64,000 nt of DNA from Eledone cirrhosa (GCA_964016885.1 OZ024749.1:5580001-5644000); one strand, 5' to 3'; positions 1 through 14,828 are shown, counted from the stretch's first letter. Numbers and translations are program-made. The notes: generated from the sequence alone by a model not told the origin.

Positions 1-136
1 GCATAATAAAATACATGGAACTCTTTTAACCATCTTTTGTTCTTATATATTATATATACTCCAGTCCTACAAATTGTAGAGTGCTACTTATCCGATATCT
101 GCATTGCTTTATTGTACTACAATAAAACTCACCTCC

Positions 137-208
<72 letters not shown>

Positions 209-352
209 AAAGTGAGGTTTTTTTTACAAAATGAAAAATAACCGAGGTGTGTATATATATGTATATATATATATACCCCACTCTCAAAGTGTGAACCTAA
301 TAAACTACCATTTATACTGCCTCTATGTTTTTTGTTCCTGTCTAATATTTAA

Positions 353-411
<59 letters not shown>

Positions 412-413
<2 letters not shown>

Positions 414-1190
414 GGCTTCTTATATAGGCATAAGCCCAGCAATTTTGTGTAGAGGGGAAAGTCGATTAAATCGACCCCAGTGCGTGACTGGTACTTTATT
501 TTATCAACTCCGTAAGGATGAAAGGCAAAGTTAACCCCGGCGGGATTTGAACTCAGATCATAAAGGGCCATAACTCTATGCCGTAAAGCATGGTGTCCGA
601 CGCTCTAACGATTCTGCCAATTTACTGAGTATAATCGGAGTTGCAGCTGCACTATAGCAGATGTCAATCGAATAACAAGAGGCAGTCACGAAACACTCAA
701 TGAGTAAGGAATTGATAAATTTCTACCCAGAATGACCACAAAAAGTTGAGGATTAGTGACACCAAGAATAAAGTGACCAGAAGCATGATGTCACAATAAT
801 TGTTTCTACTTTTGGCACAAGGCCAGCAATTATCCCAGTGTATTACTGGTACTTTATTTTATCGACCCCGTAAGGAAGAAAAGCAAAGTTAACCTTGGTG
901 GGATTTGAATTCAGACTATAAACGGTCGTAACTCATTGCTGCAAAGCATGGCGTCCGAACCTCTACCGATACTGTCAATCCACCACCCGTGATGTCACAA
1001 TAATTGTTTCTACTTTAGGCACAAGGCCAGCAATTACCCAGTGCATTACTGGTACTTTATTTTATCGACCTCCGTAAGGATGAAAGGCAAAGTCAACCTC
1101 GGCGGGATTTGAACTCAGATCGTAAAGGAGCGTAACTATGCTGGAAAGCATGGCGTCCGACCCTCTACCGATACTGCCAATCCACCGCCT
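412..1190 (-). mobile_element. Three copies of tRNA-derived SINE family A (412-626, ~800-988, ~1002-1190)
   Basis: Minus strand has A-box-like TGGCAGAATCGTTAGAGC, B-box GAGTTCAAATCCC and the conserved core GCCTTTCATCCTTACGGGGTCGATAAAATAAAGTACCAG. Copies 2 and 3 share the flank TGATGTCACAATAATTG, indicating tandem duplication. Confidence 0.9.
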
Positions 1191-1319
1191 CACAATAATA
1201 CAACATCGATATATACAAACAGGTCGACCACTAACCTGGACCATCATAAACAGCGGTCAAGAGAGGCCACGCACCGTTCCTCTCCGACAGATAACTTAAT
1301 AAGTATACAGATATATTAG

Positions 1320-2455
1320 ACCACTGTCGATTCTGATAACGAATGTTCCAGTTGATTCCATCAATGGAACAGCCTGCAAGTGAAATTAACATGCGAGTGT
1401 CTGAGCATTCCAACCCCCACCCCCTTGACATAGTTGCCAGGGAGAATCTGTGTGACCCATTGCGTGACTGACAAGGCCGGTCCTTTGAAATACATGCACA
1501 ACAAATTTTTGTCAACTGAGTAGCCTGGAGCAATACTAAATAAAACGTTTTAATCAGAGGTTCTCAAAGTGAGTACTACCGCCCCCTGGGGACGTTGAGA
1601 AGGTCCAGGGGGCGATGGGACCTAAGGGAGCGGGGGTGGCAAAGATGATATAATAATCTAAACTATAATAAAGTAAGGAGCACGGGACTGCGTACGGTTT
1701 ATAATTTGTTATCCCATTAGTAAAATAAGTTGGATTACTTTGAATAAATAATGAATGAATATTACATAATTTATCTACTAAATTTCCTGGCTGTTGATTA
1801 AATATATTTTGTTTATTTAAAGATTCACGTCTTTAACATTTCTGAAATGTCAACACTTCCGGTTGGACATCGCTTAAATAAACATACTAATTCTCTGTCT
1901 CTAATTTTCTCCTAATGCAGTTTATATATAATATCGTCTTTTTTAATGTATCATGGATTACGTTACTGACTACATAAGACAGTGTAACACAGTTTTCGTT
2001 CAATTTCTATGTATTATATATTGTCAATTACGATTTTATTTGATGTATCATATCTACATGTTTATATTTTCAATACACACACTACACATGCTAGTAGAAA
2101 ACCACCCGAAGGGTGGGATTTCTGCTAGTATATTAAATATCAAATGATACATATTATATATAAATATAGTAAAATAAAACATATATAACATTTATTTATA
2201 CATAGTATATATTATGTTACTTTATATATATATTAACGATTTTATTTATATCTTACTTACAATTTGTGTGCAGGCAGAGCTGTCAGGAAATAGGGTTCGG
2301 AGAGCTGAGGGTATTATGTGATCGTGAGGGAGGGCAGTAGCCCTAAAGGTTTGACAACCTCCTGTTTTGATCAAGGACAAAATGTGTCGCCACAGAATGA
2401 AACACAAAGCCAAACGATCATGAAACGAACAGACTAACTACTAAGCTACATGTGT
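1320..2455 (-). mobile_element. CORE-type SINE (family B) interrupted by a hAT MITE
   Basis: GGAGCAA..AAATAAA (to ~1546) resumes as CAAGGACAAAA (~2372); the tail matches the copies at 29115-29370 and 8218-8480. Confidence 0.7.
1555..2363. mobile_element. hAT (Charlie/Buster-like) non-autonomous element
   Basis: TIRs CAGAGGTTCTCAAA / TTTGACAACCTC, 8-bp TSD GTTTTAAT/GTTTTGAT; related copy at 30473-30968. Confidence 0.75.
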
Positions 2456-3158
2456 TCACATGTAGATAATTACGAGGGAAATACTGAGTTAGTTAAACGA
2501 TCATGAAACGAACATCCTAACTACTAAGCTACACGTGTTCACATGTAGATAATTACGAGGGAAATACTGAGTTAGTTAAACGATCATGAAACGAACATCC
2601 TAACTACTAAGCTACATGTGTTCACATGTAGATAATTACGAGGGAAATACTGAGTTAGTTAAACGATCATGAAACGAACAGACTAACTACTAAGCTACAT
2701 GTGTTCACATGTAGATAATTACGAGGGAAATACTGAGTTAGTTAAACGATCATGAAACGAACATCTTAACTACTAAGCTACATGTGTTCACATGTAGATA
2801 ATTACGAGGGAAATACTGAGTTAGTTAAACGATCATGAAACGAACAGACTAACTACTAAGCTACACGTGTTCACATGTAGATAATTACGAAGGAAATACT
2901 GAGTTAGTTAAACGATCATGAAACGAACAGACTAACTACTAAGCTACATGTGTTCACATGTAAATAATTACGAGGGAAATACTGAGTTAGTTAAACGATC
3001 GTGAAACGAACAGACTAACTACTAAGCTACACGTGTTCACATGTAGATAATTACGAGGGAAATACTGAGTTAGTTAAACGATCGTGAAACGAACATCCTA
3101 ACTACTAAGCTACATGTGTTCACATGTAGATAATTACGAGAGAAATACTGAGTTAGTT
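2412..3158. repeat. 83-bp minisatellite, 9 copies
   Basis: Units start at 2412, 2495, 2578 ... 3076; each has the palindrome CTACATGTG-TT-CACATGTAG or a one-base variant. Confidence 0.97.
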
Positions 3159-3375
3159 TGGAAATACGTATATTTTGTCAACCTATGTTTGACATTTTAT
3201 CAGAAATAGCAAAGAAATTTCATTACTTTTTCTCTTGTAACAACATTTCATGATGAATATTGAAGTTTGAACAGCTGACGGCTATTGCGGTTTTTGTATG
3301 AAGTGTTTTTAGAATAATATCAGTCACATGAATACGTGAGAAACGCTGAGACATGCGTAGAAATATATTCATGCA

Positions 3376-4375
3376 GGATGGACATATATGTATGTGGACT
3401 GGTGTGTATGTATATATGTATGTGGACTGATGTGTATGTATATATGTATGTGGACTGGTGTGTATGTATATATGTATATGGACTGGTGTGTATGTATATA
3501 TGTATGTGGACTGGTGTGTATGTATATATGTATGTGGACTGGTGTGTATGTATATATGTATGTGGACTGATGTGTATGTATATATGTATGTGGACTGATG
3601 TGTATGTATATATGTATGTGGACTGATGTGTGTGCATGTGGACAGATATATATGTATATATGTAGACTGATGTGTATGCATGTATGTAGACTGGTGTGTA
3701 TGTATATATGTATGTGGACTGATGTGTATGCATGTATGTAGACTGGTGTGTATGTATATATGTATGTGGACTGATGTGTATGCATGTATGTATGTGGACT
3801 GATGTGTGTGCATGTGGACAGATATATATATATGTATATATGTAGACTGATGTGTATGCATGTATGTAGACTGGTGTGTATGTATATATGTATGTGGACT
3901 GATGTGTATGTATATATGTATGTGGACTGGTGTGTATGTATATATGTATGTGGACTGGTGTGTATGTATATATGTATGTAGACTGGTGTGTATGTATATA
4001 TGTATGTGGACTGATGTGTATGCATGTATGTAGACTGGTGTGTATGTATATATGTATGTGGACTGATGTGTATGCATGTATGTATGTGGACTGATGTGTG
4101 TGCATGTGGACAGATATATATATATGTATGTATGTAGACTGATGTGTGTGTATGTATGTATGTATGTATGTATGTAGACTGATGTGTATGTATGTATGTA
4201 GACTGATGTGTGTGTATGTATGTAGACTGATGTGTGTGTATGTATGTATGTGGATTGATGTGTATGTATGTATGTGGATTGATGTGTATGTATGTATGTG
4301 GACTGATGTGTATGCATGTATGTATATTGACTGATGTGTATGTATACATGTATGTGGACTGATGTGTATGCATGT
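3376..4375. repeat. Compound ~28-bp minisatellite (GTGGACTG[A/G]TGTGTATGTATATATGTAT)n
   Basis: Fixed GACTG core with variable (TATG)/(TA) linkers. Confidence 0.95.
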
Positions 4376-4441
4376 AATTATGTATGTATACAGATGTGTA
4401 TGTATACAAGTATGTCATCAGTTTATATCTGATTACCTTGT

Positions 4442-4532
<91 letters not shown>

Positions 4533-4693
4533 ATATATATGTATATATGTCTGTTTATAAAAATATATATATGTATATATATGTATGTCTGTATGTATAT
4601 ATGCATGTATGTATATAGGTATGTGTATTATATATATAAATATGCTTATATATGTGTGTGTATGTGTATTATATATATATGTGTGTATTTATG

Positions 4694-4729
<36 letters not shown>

Positions 4730-5094
4730 ATTTTTTTACGTTGGAAGATGCTAAGTAAATATAAAAACTTTAAAATTTTCATTACTATATTATTAATAAT
4801 TTTCAAATAATTTTGAAAATAATCAAGAATTTGGAGCATCGTTCTAAGATAATTGACTTTCTCATAATTAAGCTAGAGTTTGGAGAAAATCAAAATTATG
4901 TTTATGTACATATATATATCTGGGTATATATGTATATATATATATATATTAATGTCTGGTTTCTTTACTACACATATGTAAGTTGATTTTGTTCATGATA
5001 GATAAGTTTTAGATAAATATAAACTTGCCAACCCTTTAGTTACCATATTTGTAAGGAAAGACATTGCTTGTAATTTTCAAAATTACGACGTTTT

Positions 5095-5383
5095 TTCGAC
5101 ATGCTGGCGCGTGTCCTACGCGCACAGTCACACTTTAAAATATACACACTCACAGACATACATTCACATAAACATACACAATTACACAAACACACAGTCA
5201 TAAAAATACACAGATTTACCCAAACACACATACATACACTCAAATACAGCGTAGCAATTGGAAAACGCCAGTCACTGTTTTGCTATAGGTTTTTCAGCAT
5301 CCCCTACTTACTTTTACACACATATATTCACACAAACACACACATTATATGACGGACGGAAACTGATCAATTTTATATATAGA
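5095..5383 (-). mobile_element. Possible Helitron-like non-autonomous fragment
   Basis: Minus strand begins A|TCTATATATAAAATTGATC then TG-rich sequence. GC hairpin GCGCGT-GTCCT-ACGCGC at 5107-5123. No CTRR end found. Confidence 0.3.
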
Positions 5384-5939
5384 TAATCAAGAATTTGGAG
5401 CCAGTTTCGAATAAAATTAATTTTCACGTTATTGAGCTGCTATTTGAAATATAACTTAAACTTATGAAAGGTTTCCTATAAAATTATGATTGAAGTTGTT
5501 ATATTCGAGTATGATCATTCTGCCAGTATCGCCAATAAATAAACACTTACACCACATGATTTTTAATTTTTCACTTTATTTCTATTACTAGTTACTGCTT
5601 ATTTCGTCAAAGTTCTTTTGTCACACATGATGTGACCTCCTCAATGAATATCTGGTCTATTTTGTATCTCATCTTAATCTGTTAATCCATCTTGTATTTT
5701 GTTTGAAGATTTTTTTAGGCAAATAAATTTAAGCACTTTAAAATAAATAATTTTGTATCATAAAACCAAAAGGTGGTTTGGGGCAGTTTAGCATGAAATA
5801 AGTTAATTCAGTGGGTCAATATCTTACTCATTAACCACCACTTCCCCACCTCTTCTACAATACACGACATTAACAATAAAACAAACACTTTCACTGCCAA
5901 CAGTCCATGATATTCAGAGCATGATCTATCTGTCTAGAC

Positions 5940-6135
5940 CAGTGATTCTCAACCAGTGTGCCGCGTCACACTGGTATGCCACGAGATCTTCCTAAGTGTG
6001 CCGCGAAATTTTATTTTCGCCATGTTTTTATTTTGTAAAATTCAAATATTTTTCATATATATTTAGCCAGGTATACCGCTATGTTTTCATGTATTCCAGG
6101 GTGTGCCCTTGGCAAAAAAAGGTTGAGAACCATTG
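5940..6135. mobile_element. hAT-Charlie-type MITE
   Basis: TIRs CAGTGATTCTCAACC / GGTTGAGAACCATTG, 8-bp TSD GTCTAGAC/GACTAGAC, internal GTGTGCC subterminal repeats. Confidence 0.9.
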
Positions 6136-7332
6136 GACTAGACCGTCTGGTTAAGAAGGGCAAATGTCTACTGTATTAGAATTATCATGAACACTTTTCG
6201 TTATCAAGGTTAACTTTGCCTTTCATCCTTACGGGATCGATAAAATAAAGTACCAGTAATACACTGGAATAATTGCTGGCCTTGTGCCTAAAGTAGAAAC
6301 AGTTATTATCAATATCTGATTTTGGCACAAGGTCAGCAATGTGAGTGATGTAGAACATTGAATAAGTTGATCCCAGTATTTGACTAGGATTTATAGGACC
6401 TGGAAAAATTAAAGCAAATTTGAACTTGATGGGATTTGAACTCAAAATATGAAATGCCAAAAAAAATAACTTGAGGCATATCTCCTGATGTTCTATCAAT
6501 TTTGTTATACCAATACCCAGAAATATAAACAGTTTATTTTTCACCATTACCCAGAAATATAAACAGTTTATTTTTCACCATTTTCTATCATACAACATGA
6601 GGCAATTTCAAGCAGTTTCAGGCAGTTTGTTATACAGTAGTTTATGGTCGACTTACAATGACCAAACCTTTTTTTTTTTGGTAGAAATAATTAAAATATT
6701 TATTTAGATAACTTATCAAAAGATGAACAATTTATAGCCTGAGAAAGAAGCAAATTTGAAAAGCTGGAAAAAAGGAAAAAAGAAAAACCACAAAGCATTC
6801 GATCCGAGGTTCTAAAGACTGTCAAGTCAGCAGTTAGCAGGGTAGCTTTAATATAAACGACGTTGTATCATAGCAGCAAGGAAGGTTCCAATGGTTTCGT
6901 TCCAATGGTATAACATTCCCCAGCTGATTTGTCAAACAACTTGGAAATAGTTTGTGTTTTAAGTAGAGTAGGTAGAAATTATCAATGATCGATTGTAATG
7001 GCTGTTGATTCTAGTCGTGTCTATTGTCTTATTCGGATACAGTCAGACAAGCTATTTCCTCCGTACGTCTCATACTTGATGACAATAATAACTTAAGCTT
7101 TGCATTTAAACAAAGAAAGAGGGGGGAGGAGGGGGAAAACACAAACAAAATACAGACGAACATAACAACAACAACAGCAGATAAACCATTTGTTAGAAAA
7201 TTATTTTTTTTTAAAATCAAAATTTATGTGAGCAAAAGTCACAAAAGCCTAAAGTTTAGTTTTCTATACATCAACTTATATTTAGAGCTAAAATTTAACA
7301 TATATGTGTGTGTGTGTGTGTGGTATGTTTGC

Positions 7333-7375
<43 letters not shown>

Positions 7376-7947
7376 TATATATATATACATATATATATAC
7401 ACACACACATATATATATACACACACACATATATATATACATATACACACACACATATATATATACATATATATATACACACACACGCATATTACATATA
7501 TATGTATATATTCATATATATACAATATATATGTTATATATACAATATATGTTATGTATACATTATGATATATATAAATATATATACATATATATATATT
7601 ATCTATGTATAACAATATGTAAGTATAATATACATAATTTATATATATATATATCATAACATATATAATATATAATATATATATATACTTACACATGAAA
7701 ACATACATACACACACACATTTGTGTGAAGAGAGAGAGAGAGACAGACGAGGAGAGAGAGAGTGAGAGAGAGAGACAGACACGAGGAGAGAGAGAGAGAG
7801 AGACACGAGGAGAGAGAGAGAGAGAGAGAGAGATGCCAATTCAGGAATATTATCTTCTGTGTTTTAAATATTTATTTTACTGTAGTTGCCTTCAATTCGA
7901 CATCAAGATAAATCATTTAGTAATCACATCATAAAGGGGTGTGTATG

Positions 7948-8069
<122 letters not shown>

Positions 8070-8217
8070 TGTATATGTGTCTGTCTGTGTGAGTCTATAT
8101 AAGTGCGTCTGCAGGTTTGTGAAGGTTTGTGTGTGTGAGAGTGTGTAAGTGTGTGTGTGTATATGTGAGAGAGAGAGAGTGTGAGTGTGAGTGAGTGTGA
8201 GTGAGTGTCAGTGTGTA

Positions 8218-8480
8218 TATGGCTTAGTGGTTAGTGACATTATCTCTCAATTGCAACGACATAGATTCGGTCCCCAATACTCCATTGAGTCTTTGGAGAA
8301 GACAGAGTGTTTCATGTTGTTGTATTTCACTCACAGTTGTACCTGTAGTTACAAAGGTCAGTCTTGTGACATGCCGTGCCAAGCTGATTCTCCCCGAGAA
8401 TTACATTAATGGTATACCTGCCTGTGCAGTTCTCAGCCACACGCAAATTACTTTCATGAGCAGCTGACAGTTGCATCAAC
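8218..8480 (+). mobile_element. Diverged CORE-type SINE family B
   Basis: TGGCTTAGTGGTTAG A-box; tail similar to 29220-29370. Confidence 0.6.
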
Positions 8481-8536
8481 AAACAATTACTATAATCATT
8501 AACTCATAGAATTCCAATAATATATATATATATATA

Positions 8537-8828
8537 TTTCGTTTCTGAATTTGTTTAGCAAGATTCTTTATCTGAAAACGTGTGTTGAAACCGATATTGT
8601 TATGTTTTGAGAGGGTCATGTTACCAATAAGAAACACACGCACCAGTTGCTTTCACTCCAATTTATTATAAATTAAATTATAAATTTGAAAAATTTATAA
8701 ATTTCCGGTTGGTTGATTCCACAACCGGACGGTTGTTCATATATTGTTAAACCTCCCAAAGTATAACAAAATAGATTTCAACACACGTTTTCACATAAAG
8801 AATCTTGCTAAACAAATTTAGAAACGAT
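8537..8828. mobile_element. Fold-back element within (TA)n
   Basis: ~80-bp inverted arms starting TCGTTTCTGAATTTGTTTAGCAAGATTCTTTAT; (TA)n on both sides; deleted relative at 46512-46582. Confidence 0.85.
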
Positions 8829-8859
8829 ATATATATATATACAAAGGATCGATCGACTT

Positions 8860-9065
8860 TCGTCAAATCGGACCAAAGAAACAATGTTTCCGTTGGTCTT
8901 TCCAGTTGCTAATACTACCTATTGGTCGCAACTCCAGGTAGAAGGAGCAACGTGAAATAAAGTATCTTGCTCAAGGACATAACGCATTTGCCTGGTCCAG
9001 GTATCGAACTCACAACCTCAAGATTGTGAATCTAATTCTCTAACCACTCAGCCACACGCCTTCAC
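8860..9065 (-). mobile_element. CORE-type SINE family B
   Basis: Minus strand GGCGTGTGGCTGAGTGGTTAG...GAGTTCGATACC...GTCCTTGAGCAAGATACTTTATTTCACG. Confidence 0.8.
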
Positions 9066-9173
9066 ACACTATATCTATATATATATATATATATATAACA
9101 AAGGAAGTGTGGTAAGGAACCATATGACCATAACGCACCAGAGTACTCAATACTTAGGGTAGTAGAGTGGGTA

Positions 9174-9286
9174 ATAGGAAAATGTTTAACCCCGACGGCA
9201 GAGCTCAAACCGTTTCGATGGCTATTTCTGGACTCAGAAATAGCCGTCGAAACGGCTTGAGCTCTGCCGTCGGGGTTAAACATTTT

Positions 9287-9291
<5 letters not shown>
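9174..9291. repeat. Near-perfect palindrome (57-bp arms, 4-nt loop, 2 mismatches) abutting (TA)n
   Basis: Arms 9174-9230 and 9235-9291, loop GACT. Confidence 0.95.
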
Positions 9292-9327
<36 letters not shown>

Positions 9328-9433
9328 ATAATAATAAATTTGAAGACTAAAATCCAAAGGAGATCCGTTAAGGGTGAAAGCAGCGACTCTTTGCTTAAAC
9401 TTTAATCTGTTATTTTAATATATAATATATATA

Positions 9434-9486
<53 letters not shown>

Positions 9487-9487
<1 letters not shown>

Positions 9488-10930
9488 TCAACATCTGGTC
9501 AAGCTTGCTCGGACATTCATGAAACTAGGATGCCATCCATCACGAACAAGCATCAGTATTGGGAGGTCATTAGGGGAACATCCTGTGTCTCTACATAGTT
9601 GGTCAACGTAAATCTAGGTGCCCAAATTAAAAGATTACTAACAAGCTCCTGCTTTGGTCACCAGCAGTGTCCGGCAAATCGCATTATTCCTTCCCACAAT
9701 ATTACAGATATATCAATGATGGGGCTACAGATCAGTTCTTTCATAGGATGCAGTGTCCATGAGACATTAAGTACAGCCTTCAGCATCTCTGCATACTTTC
9801 CATCATGCTTGGATTTTTTGTTTTTTGGTCAGTGTCCAAGCATCAAGACCGATTCTACAGTGGCACGGAAGAAGCTGTTTAAGGTTGTCTGGAAGATCAG
9901 ATATTTCCAGGTTATGCCCATCTTGTTAAGGGTGGTCCATACATTAGCTTTACTGATCTTATCCTTTTCAGTAGAATTGATTCCACTACCAAGATATGTA
10001 AAGTTGTCAACAGATTTGATAGACTCTCCAGCCAATGTTCCAATAGAGCCTCACTGGTTGAAGCCAATGAACTCAATGTGTTCTCGAAGAGTCCAATGTC
10101 ATTTGCTGCTTTCTCAAGACGATGAAGCAAGGGCTGTACATTTGACAACTTGTCAGCAGATCGTCTACATAATCGACATCAGTCAATCTTTTCTCAGGAT
10201 GACGTTTCGATAAACTTGGAGACAAGGCAAAGTTCACGTCTTTATGTTTATCAAGAGATGTTCGCAGGTCGTAGTCCAGGATAATAAGAAATAGAATGGG
10301 GGCTAATATATCACTCTGAAGAACTCCTGCCAAGTGTCTCCATCAGAGGATCTCACCAGAGACTTAGTATTTCTGTACAACATCATAATAGCATTTACTG
10401 TTTCAGTGGGAATGACATATGCAAGAAGGATCCTTTCCATTTTTCCTCTGCTTATTGAATCGAAAGTCTTAGAGAAGTCAACAAAAACTAGAGTAGCTTC
10501 TAAGTTCTTAGACCTGATTCCTTGAAGGATCCGTTTGATAGAATCTGTCCAACAATGGATCGTTTTTCCCTAAAACCGTTGAGATTTTTGTGCAGGACGT
10601 TTTCAATTTCATGCTCAATTCTGTTTAGAAGGGAGTTGTAGATTTTAGCTGCAATAGAGGTGAGTGTTATACACCTCTAATTTTTAGCTAAGCCTAAATC
10701 TCCTGTCTTTGGAAGTATGCAGCCTTCAGTTCATTTCTCTATAACTTCTTCATTGTATCTGGCATTGCAGAGATCTAGTAGAATATCATTAAAGTTCTGT
10801 GTCTTTCATAATTTGGGAGGAATATTGTCTAGGTTCGCTGATTTTTCTGTTTTACCTTTTCCAAAAAATTTTAAAAAGAAATACAAGCGCATATTCAGTC
10901 AACCATTTTGGTGTGATGGCTTTTGTTTTT
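9487..10930 (-). pseudogene. Decayed RTE-clade LINE reverse transcriptase fragment
   Basis: Frameshifted motifs GVLQSDILAPILFLIILDY, LTDVDYVDDL, VDNFTYLGS, FFRATVESVL. Confidence 0.85.
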
Positions 10931-11059
10931 TTCAATTCGTATGTATGTGTAAATATATATATATATGTATACACTCACACACAAATATTACATATTGAAT
11001 AATATACAGGATGTTTTTCAAAAACATTAGAAGGCCTTTCACTATGAATTTTTCAGGTT

Positions 11060-11660
11060 GTAATCATCGTCACACACCCAGCCTCAGCAAAAGCAGGGGG
11101 AAGTAATCGGTACGTTTCTAGCTTTGCAGCTGTTCTCAAGAATACAAATCACCACATCTTTGCTGAGACTAATGTAAGCTGGAATCTTATACAATCCAGC
11201 CTATATTTATGAACTGATGAAACAGTTGCATATGGAGTGATAAGTTTCATCTTTGGCAAAGCTTTGATTAACTTATTCAAGTTTCACTTGAGGAGGAAAA
11301 TCAGTGTGGAGAGGCGGAAAGTGCTGCTTTCAAAACAATGTGGTGCAAGATGGGTAAGAGAGGTGAGTATGGCCTGAGTGAATGGGCCCACTCCGAGTGT
11401 GAGCCTGGAAATTGGAGGAGAACAACTGGTACAGGGCACTTATTCAAGAGATCAGGGCACCCGTGGTTTTATTGGGTCCTTTTCCACGAGTGACACTCGA
11501 ACGTCTGCTCCCTATTAAGGTATCCACTTTGTTTAATTTTATCGTTATCTTTCTTTTTAACATTGTTAAATGTGTTTACATGCACACACACTATCGTTTT
11601 GTCCTGTACCGTCATAATGTTTTTTTTTCTTTCTGTTAACCCTTGTTGGGAATAATGAAA
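11060..11660 (+). mobile_element. L1/Tx1-clade LINE 3' fragment
   Basis: LINLFKFHLRRKISVERRKVLLSKQCGARWV resembles a Tx1 ORF2 C-terminus, followed by a T-rich 3' UTR and (ATT)n tail. Confidence 0.5.
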
Positions 11661-12629
11661 TTATTATTAATATTATCATGAAAGGTTGGAGGGAGCAAAC
11701 CTAAACCCAGAAAAGCCGGTGGACTGCAGCTCGGCATCTGGAGAGGAACATCCATGCCGCCCAACAGTGGGTGGGGTTATATGTTAGGTTTTTGAGGCAG
11801 AACTTTACAGCAGAATGCACTTCATGATACCGTCTGTCACTTGATTTATTTGAAGGATGGAATGAGGGTTACGCCATTGATTTTCTAACTATGGTACAGA
11901 TCTTCACACCTGAGTTCAAACCTTTTTTTTTTTTAATATATTGCAGATGTTTACGCGTTAATTACAAAACAAAACAAAAAAAAAAAGAAAACCCCAATAA
12001 AAACGAGCTTCTCAGTCATCTAACATGTGACACAACAGAGTTGTTGGGAGAGTAGTGTACACTTTTATGGATAAATTCGTTTAGTTTCCTGGCCAGGAAG
12101 ATATCATTAAACGAATCTATTTTCGTTATTGGCGCAGTAATTGATGCAATGCAGATTTTAAACTTTGTGGTTTCTTGTGGAGATAGAGAACAACAACAAC
12201 AACACAAACAACAGACAAAAACAGCAGCGATGACAACAACAACAAAGAAGACGAAAATCAAAAGAAAAAAAATGTAATAATGAAAATAAAGATGAAGTAA
12301 AAAAAATAAATGCATACTTTAAAAAACTGGGTTTTAAAAACTGGAAAATATGTAATGAGTATGCTTTGCAGCTAAATAAGATGTTGCAATATATATTTAT
12401 GTATGTATATATGTATGTATGTGTGTATGTATGCGTGTGTGTATGTATGTGTGCGTGTGTGTATGTGTGCGTGTGTGTATGTGTGCGTGTGCGTGTGCGT
12501 GTGCGTGTGGGTGTGTATGTGTGCGTGTGCGTGTGCGTGTGCGTGTGCGTGTGCGTGTGTGTGCGTGTGTGTATGTGTGTGTGTGTAAATATATATATAT
12601 GTATGTGTATATATATATGAATCTGTATG

Positions 12630-12747
<118 letters not shown>

Positions 12748-12759
12748 TGAATGTGTATA

Positions 12760-12797
<38 letters not shown>

Positions 12798-14431
12798 AGA
12801 ATGTATGTATATATATATATATGAATGTATGTGTATATTTATGTGTGTGTGTGTGTGTATATATATATCTGTGTACACACACACATGTATCATTACATAT
12901 TTGTTATACATTTAATGATTCTATTGAAGAAGACCTGTTCCCAATTGAGCTGCAGGGAGGGGAATATAACTGGTGTAGTCAATATTGAATGGCATTTACT
13001 CTTACTGGAAAAGGTATAAAATTTTACAAACATCGGAGAGAAAAGAAACTTTCTCTCTGCTAATGGGGTGGTATGTTAGATATTTCAGAATAGACAAAAT
13101 ATAGCTGTACGACAAATATAATAAGTTGTCGCTAACACCACAAAATACATATGCCATTAATTTTGTTCAGCAATGATGAGAAAAGATTTATATATTTACA
13201 GATCTGATAGAGCAATAAACGTTTATAACCTTCATGAAATCTCATCCACGTGAATTAACCCTTTTTATAAGCAATCTTCTAAAACTAGCCCAGGTCCTAT
13301 GATAGGAAAACTGTTTGTTTTAAAGTGCATTTATTTATCTAAAAAACCCTACATCATAATTTTGTGTAAGAACATTAATAATGTTATGTTCGAAACACTA
13401 TCTTAATAACAAGAAAGTTAATAAAACGGCATATTATTTTCATTGATGCAGTTAATTGAATTTGATATTTTATTAGACTTCACAAACTTTCCCTCACCAG
13501 ATGGGGAGATGACTAGAGAAAGGACAGTAGCAATAGCCTTTCAAGTCCCTCAAAACCGGAGTGATTAATGCCTTCAGGAAGGGGCAGCACACATCAAATT
13601 CACAGGCCCTCCAACATCAGATGGATTGATGTTTGGAATAAGTGTCAATGCCTATCGACTCTGCAGTCCTTCTCGTGAAAGTGCGATTGATGTCTGAAGA
13701 AAACTCAGTAGCCATGGTCATTTTAGCACCCCCTCAAGACCAAAGTAAGTAATGCCTTGAGGAAGGAACTCCACTGAACAGGCCTTGCAGCACCTGAGAG
13801 TTTGATGTCTGGAAGAATGAACAGTGACCTTAGATTTAGCAGACCCTTCATGACCCGAGGGTTGGATGTCTGGAAGAAAGGACAGTGACCATAGATTTAG
13901 CAAGCCCTCAAAGACTAGAGAAGTAAATACAATTAATGTTCCAGCTAAACTGTAGCAAGCACACATATATTTCGAAGGCATGAATAAGGAAGGTATTCTA
14001 GAGGATTAATCTTCACAACAGGAAAGACAGAGCATAGGGGTTCATGTGGGGCTGAGAGAAGTGGAACCTGGCTGAGGTGAGCAAGAGGATTAAATTATGA
14101 GCGCCATGGGGATGTAACCCTCAAAGAGCAGAAACTATTGTATTAATTGTAAAAGAAAATAAAGAAAAAGAGTCATCTTATTGGGTTACATTTTCACATT
14201 TTCAAAGACTATTGGATTCTTATATACTTAGGTATATATATATTTTAATAATATTTATATATTCATAAGATATCATACTAAATTCTATTACTTCAAACAC
14301 CAGGGAAATGTATAATATATCATTAAAAATATAAAATATATGGTATTACTACCAAGTTAATAATTTTCTGTACATGTAATGCTTCAAGAGTCAAGCAAAC
14401 ACAGGCACACATATTTACACATTATATATAC

Positions 14432-14716
14432 ATCATCATCATCATTTTTTACGTCTGCTTTTCCCTGCTTGCAAGGGTGGGATGGGAACTGATTCTGGCT
14501 TGATTTCTACAGCTGAATGCCCTTCCTAACACCAACCTCAAATACAGTGTGGGCTGGGTGCTTTTTTGCCGTGGCACCTCCACGACCACATTTCTATAGC
14601 TGAGTAAACTGGAGCAATGTGAAATAAATGGAAACAACACATCACCCGGTCTGAGAATTGAACACACAACCTTTCAATTGCAAGGCCAATGCTCTAACCA
14701 CTGAGCCATGTGCCTC
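14432..14716 (-). mobile_element. SINE family B with RTE-derived tail
   Basis: tRNA head + CORE-like region + GGTGTTAGGAAGGGCATTCAGCTGTAGAAA ... GACGTAAAAAATGATGATG. Confidence 0.9.
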
Positions 14717-14828
14717 CATGTGTCTCCATATATATATATATATGCTAGGCCATTGGGCTGCAAAAAGCATTGTCCATCTCATGCAAGCATGGATTTATGA
14801 ACGTATAATTGAAGATCCTGATTATATA

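Noticed and set aside
2412-3158. Regular repeats with palindromes resembling CRISPR arrays (also 52780-53903)
   Set aside because: There are no unique spacers and no cas genes; the context is eukaryotic.
13480-14130. Higher-GC island that might be coding
   Set aside because: Only a short ORF and no recognisable motif; probably an old unclassified transposon fragment.
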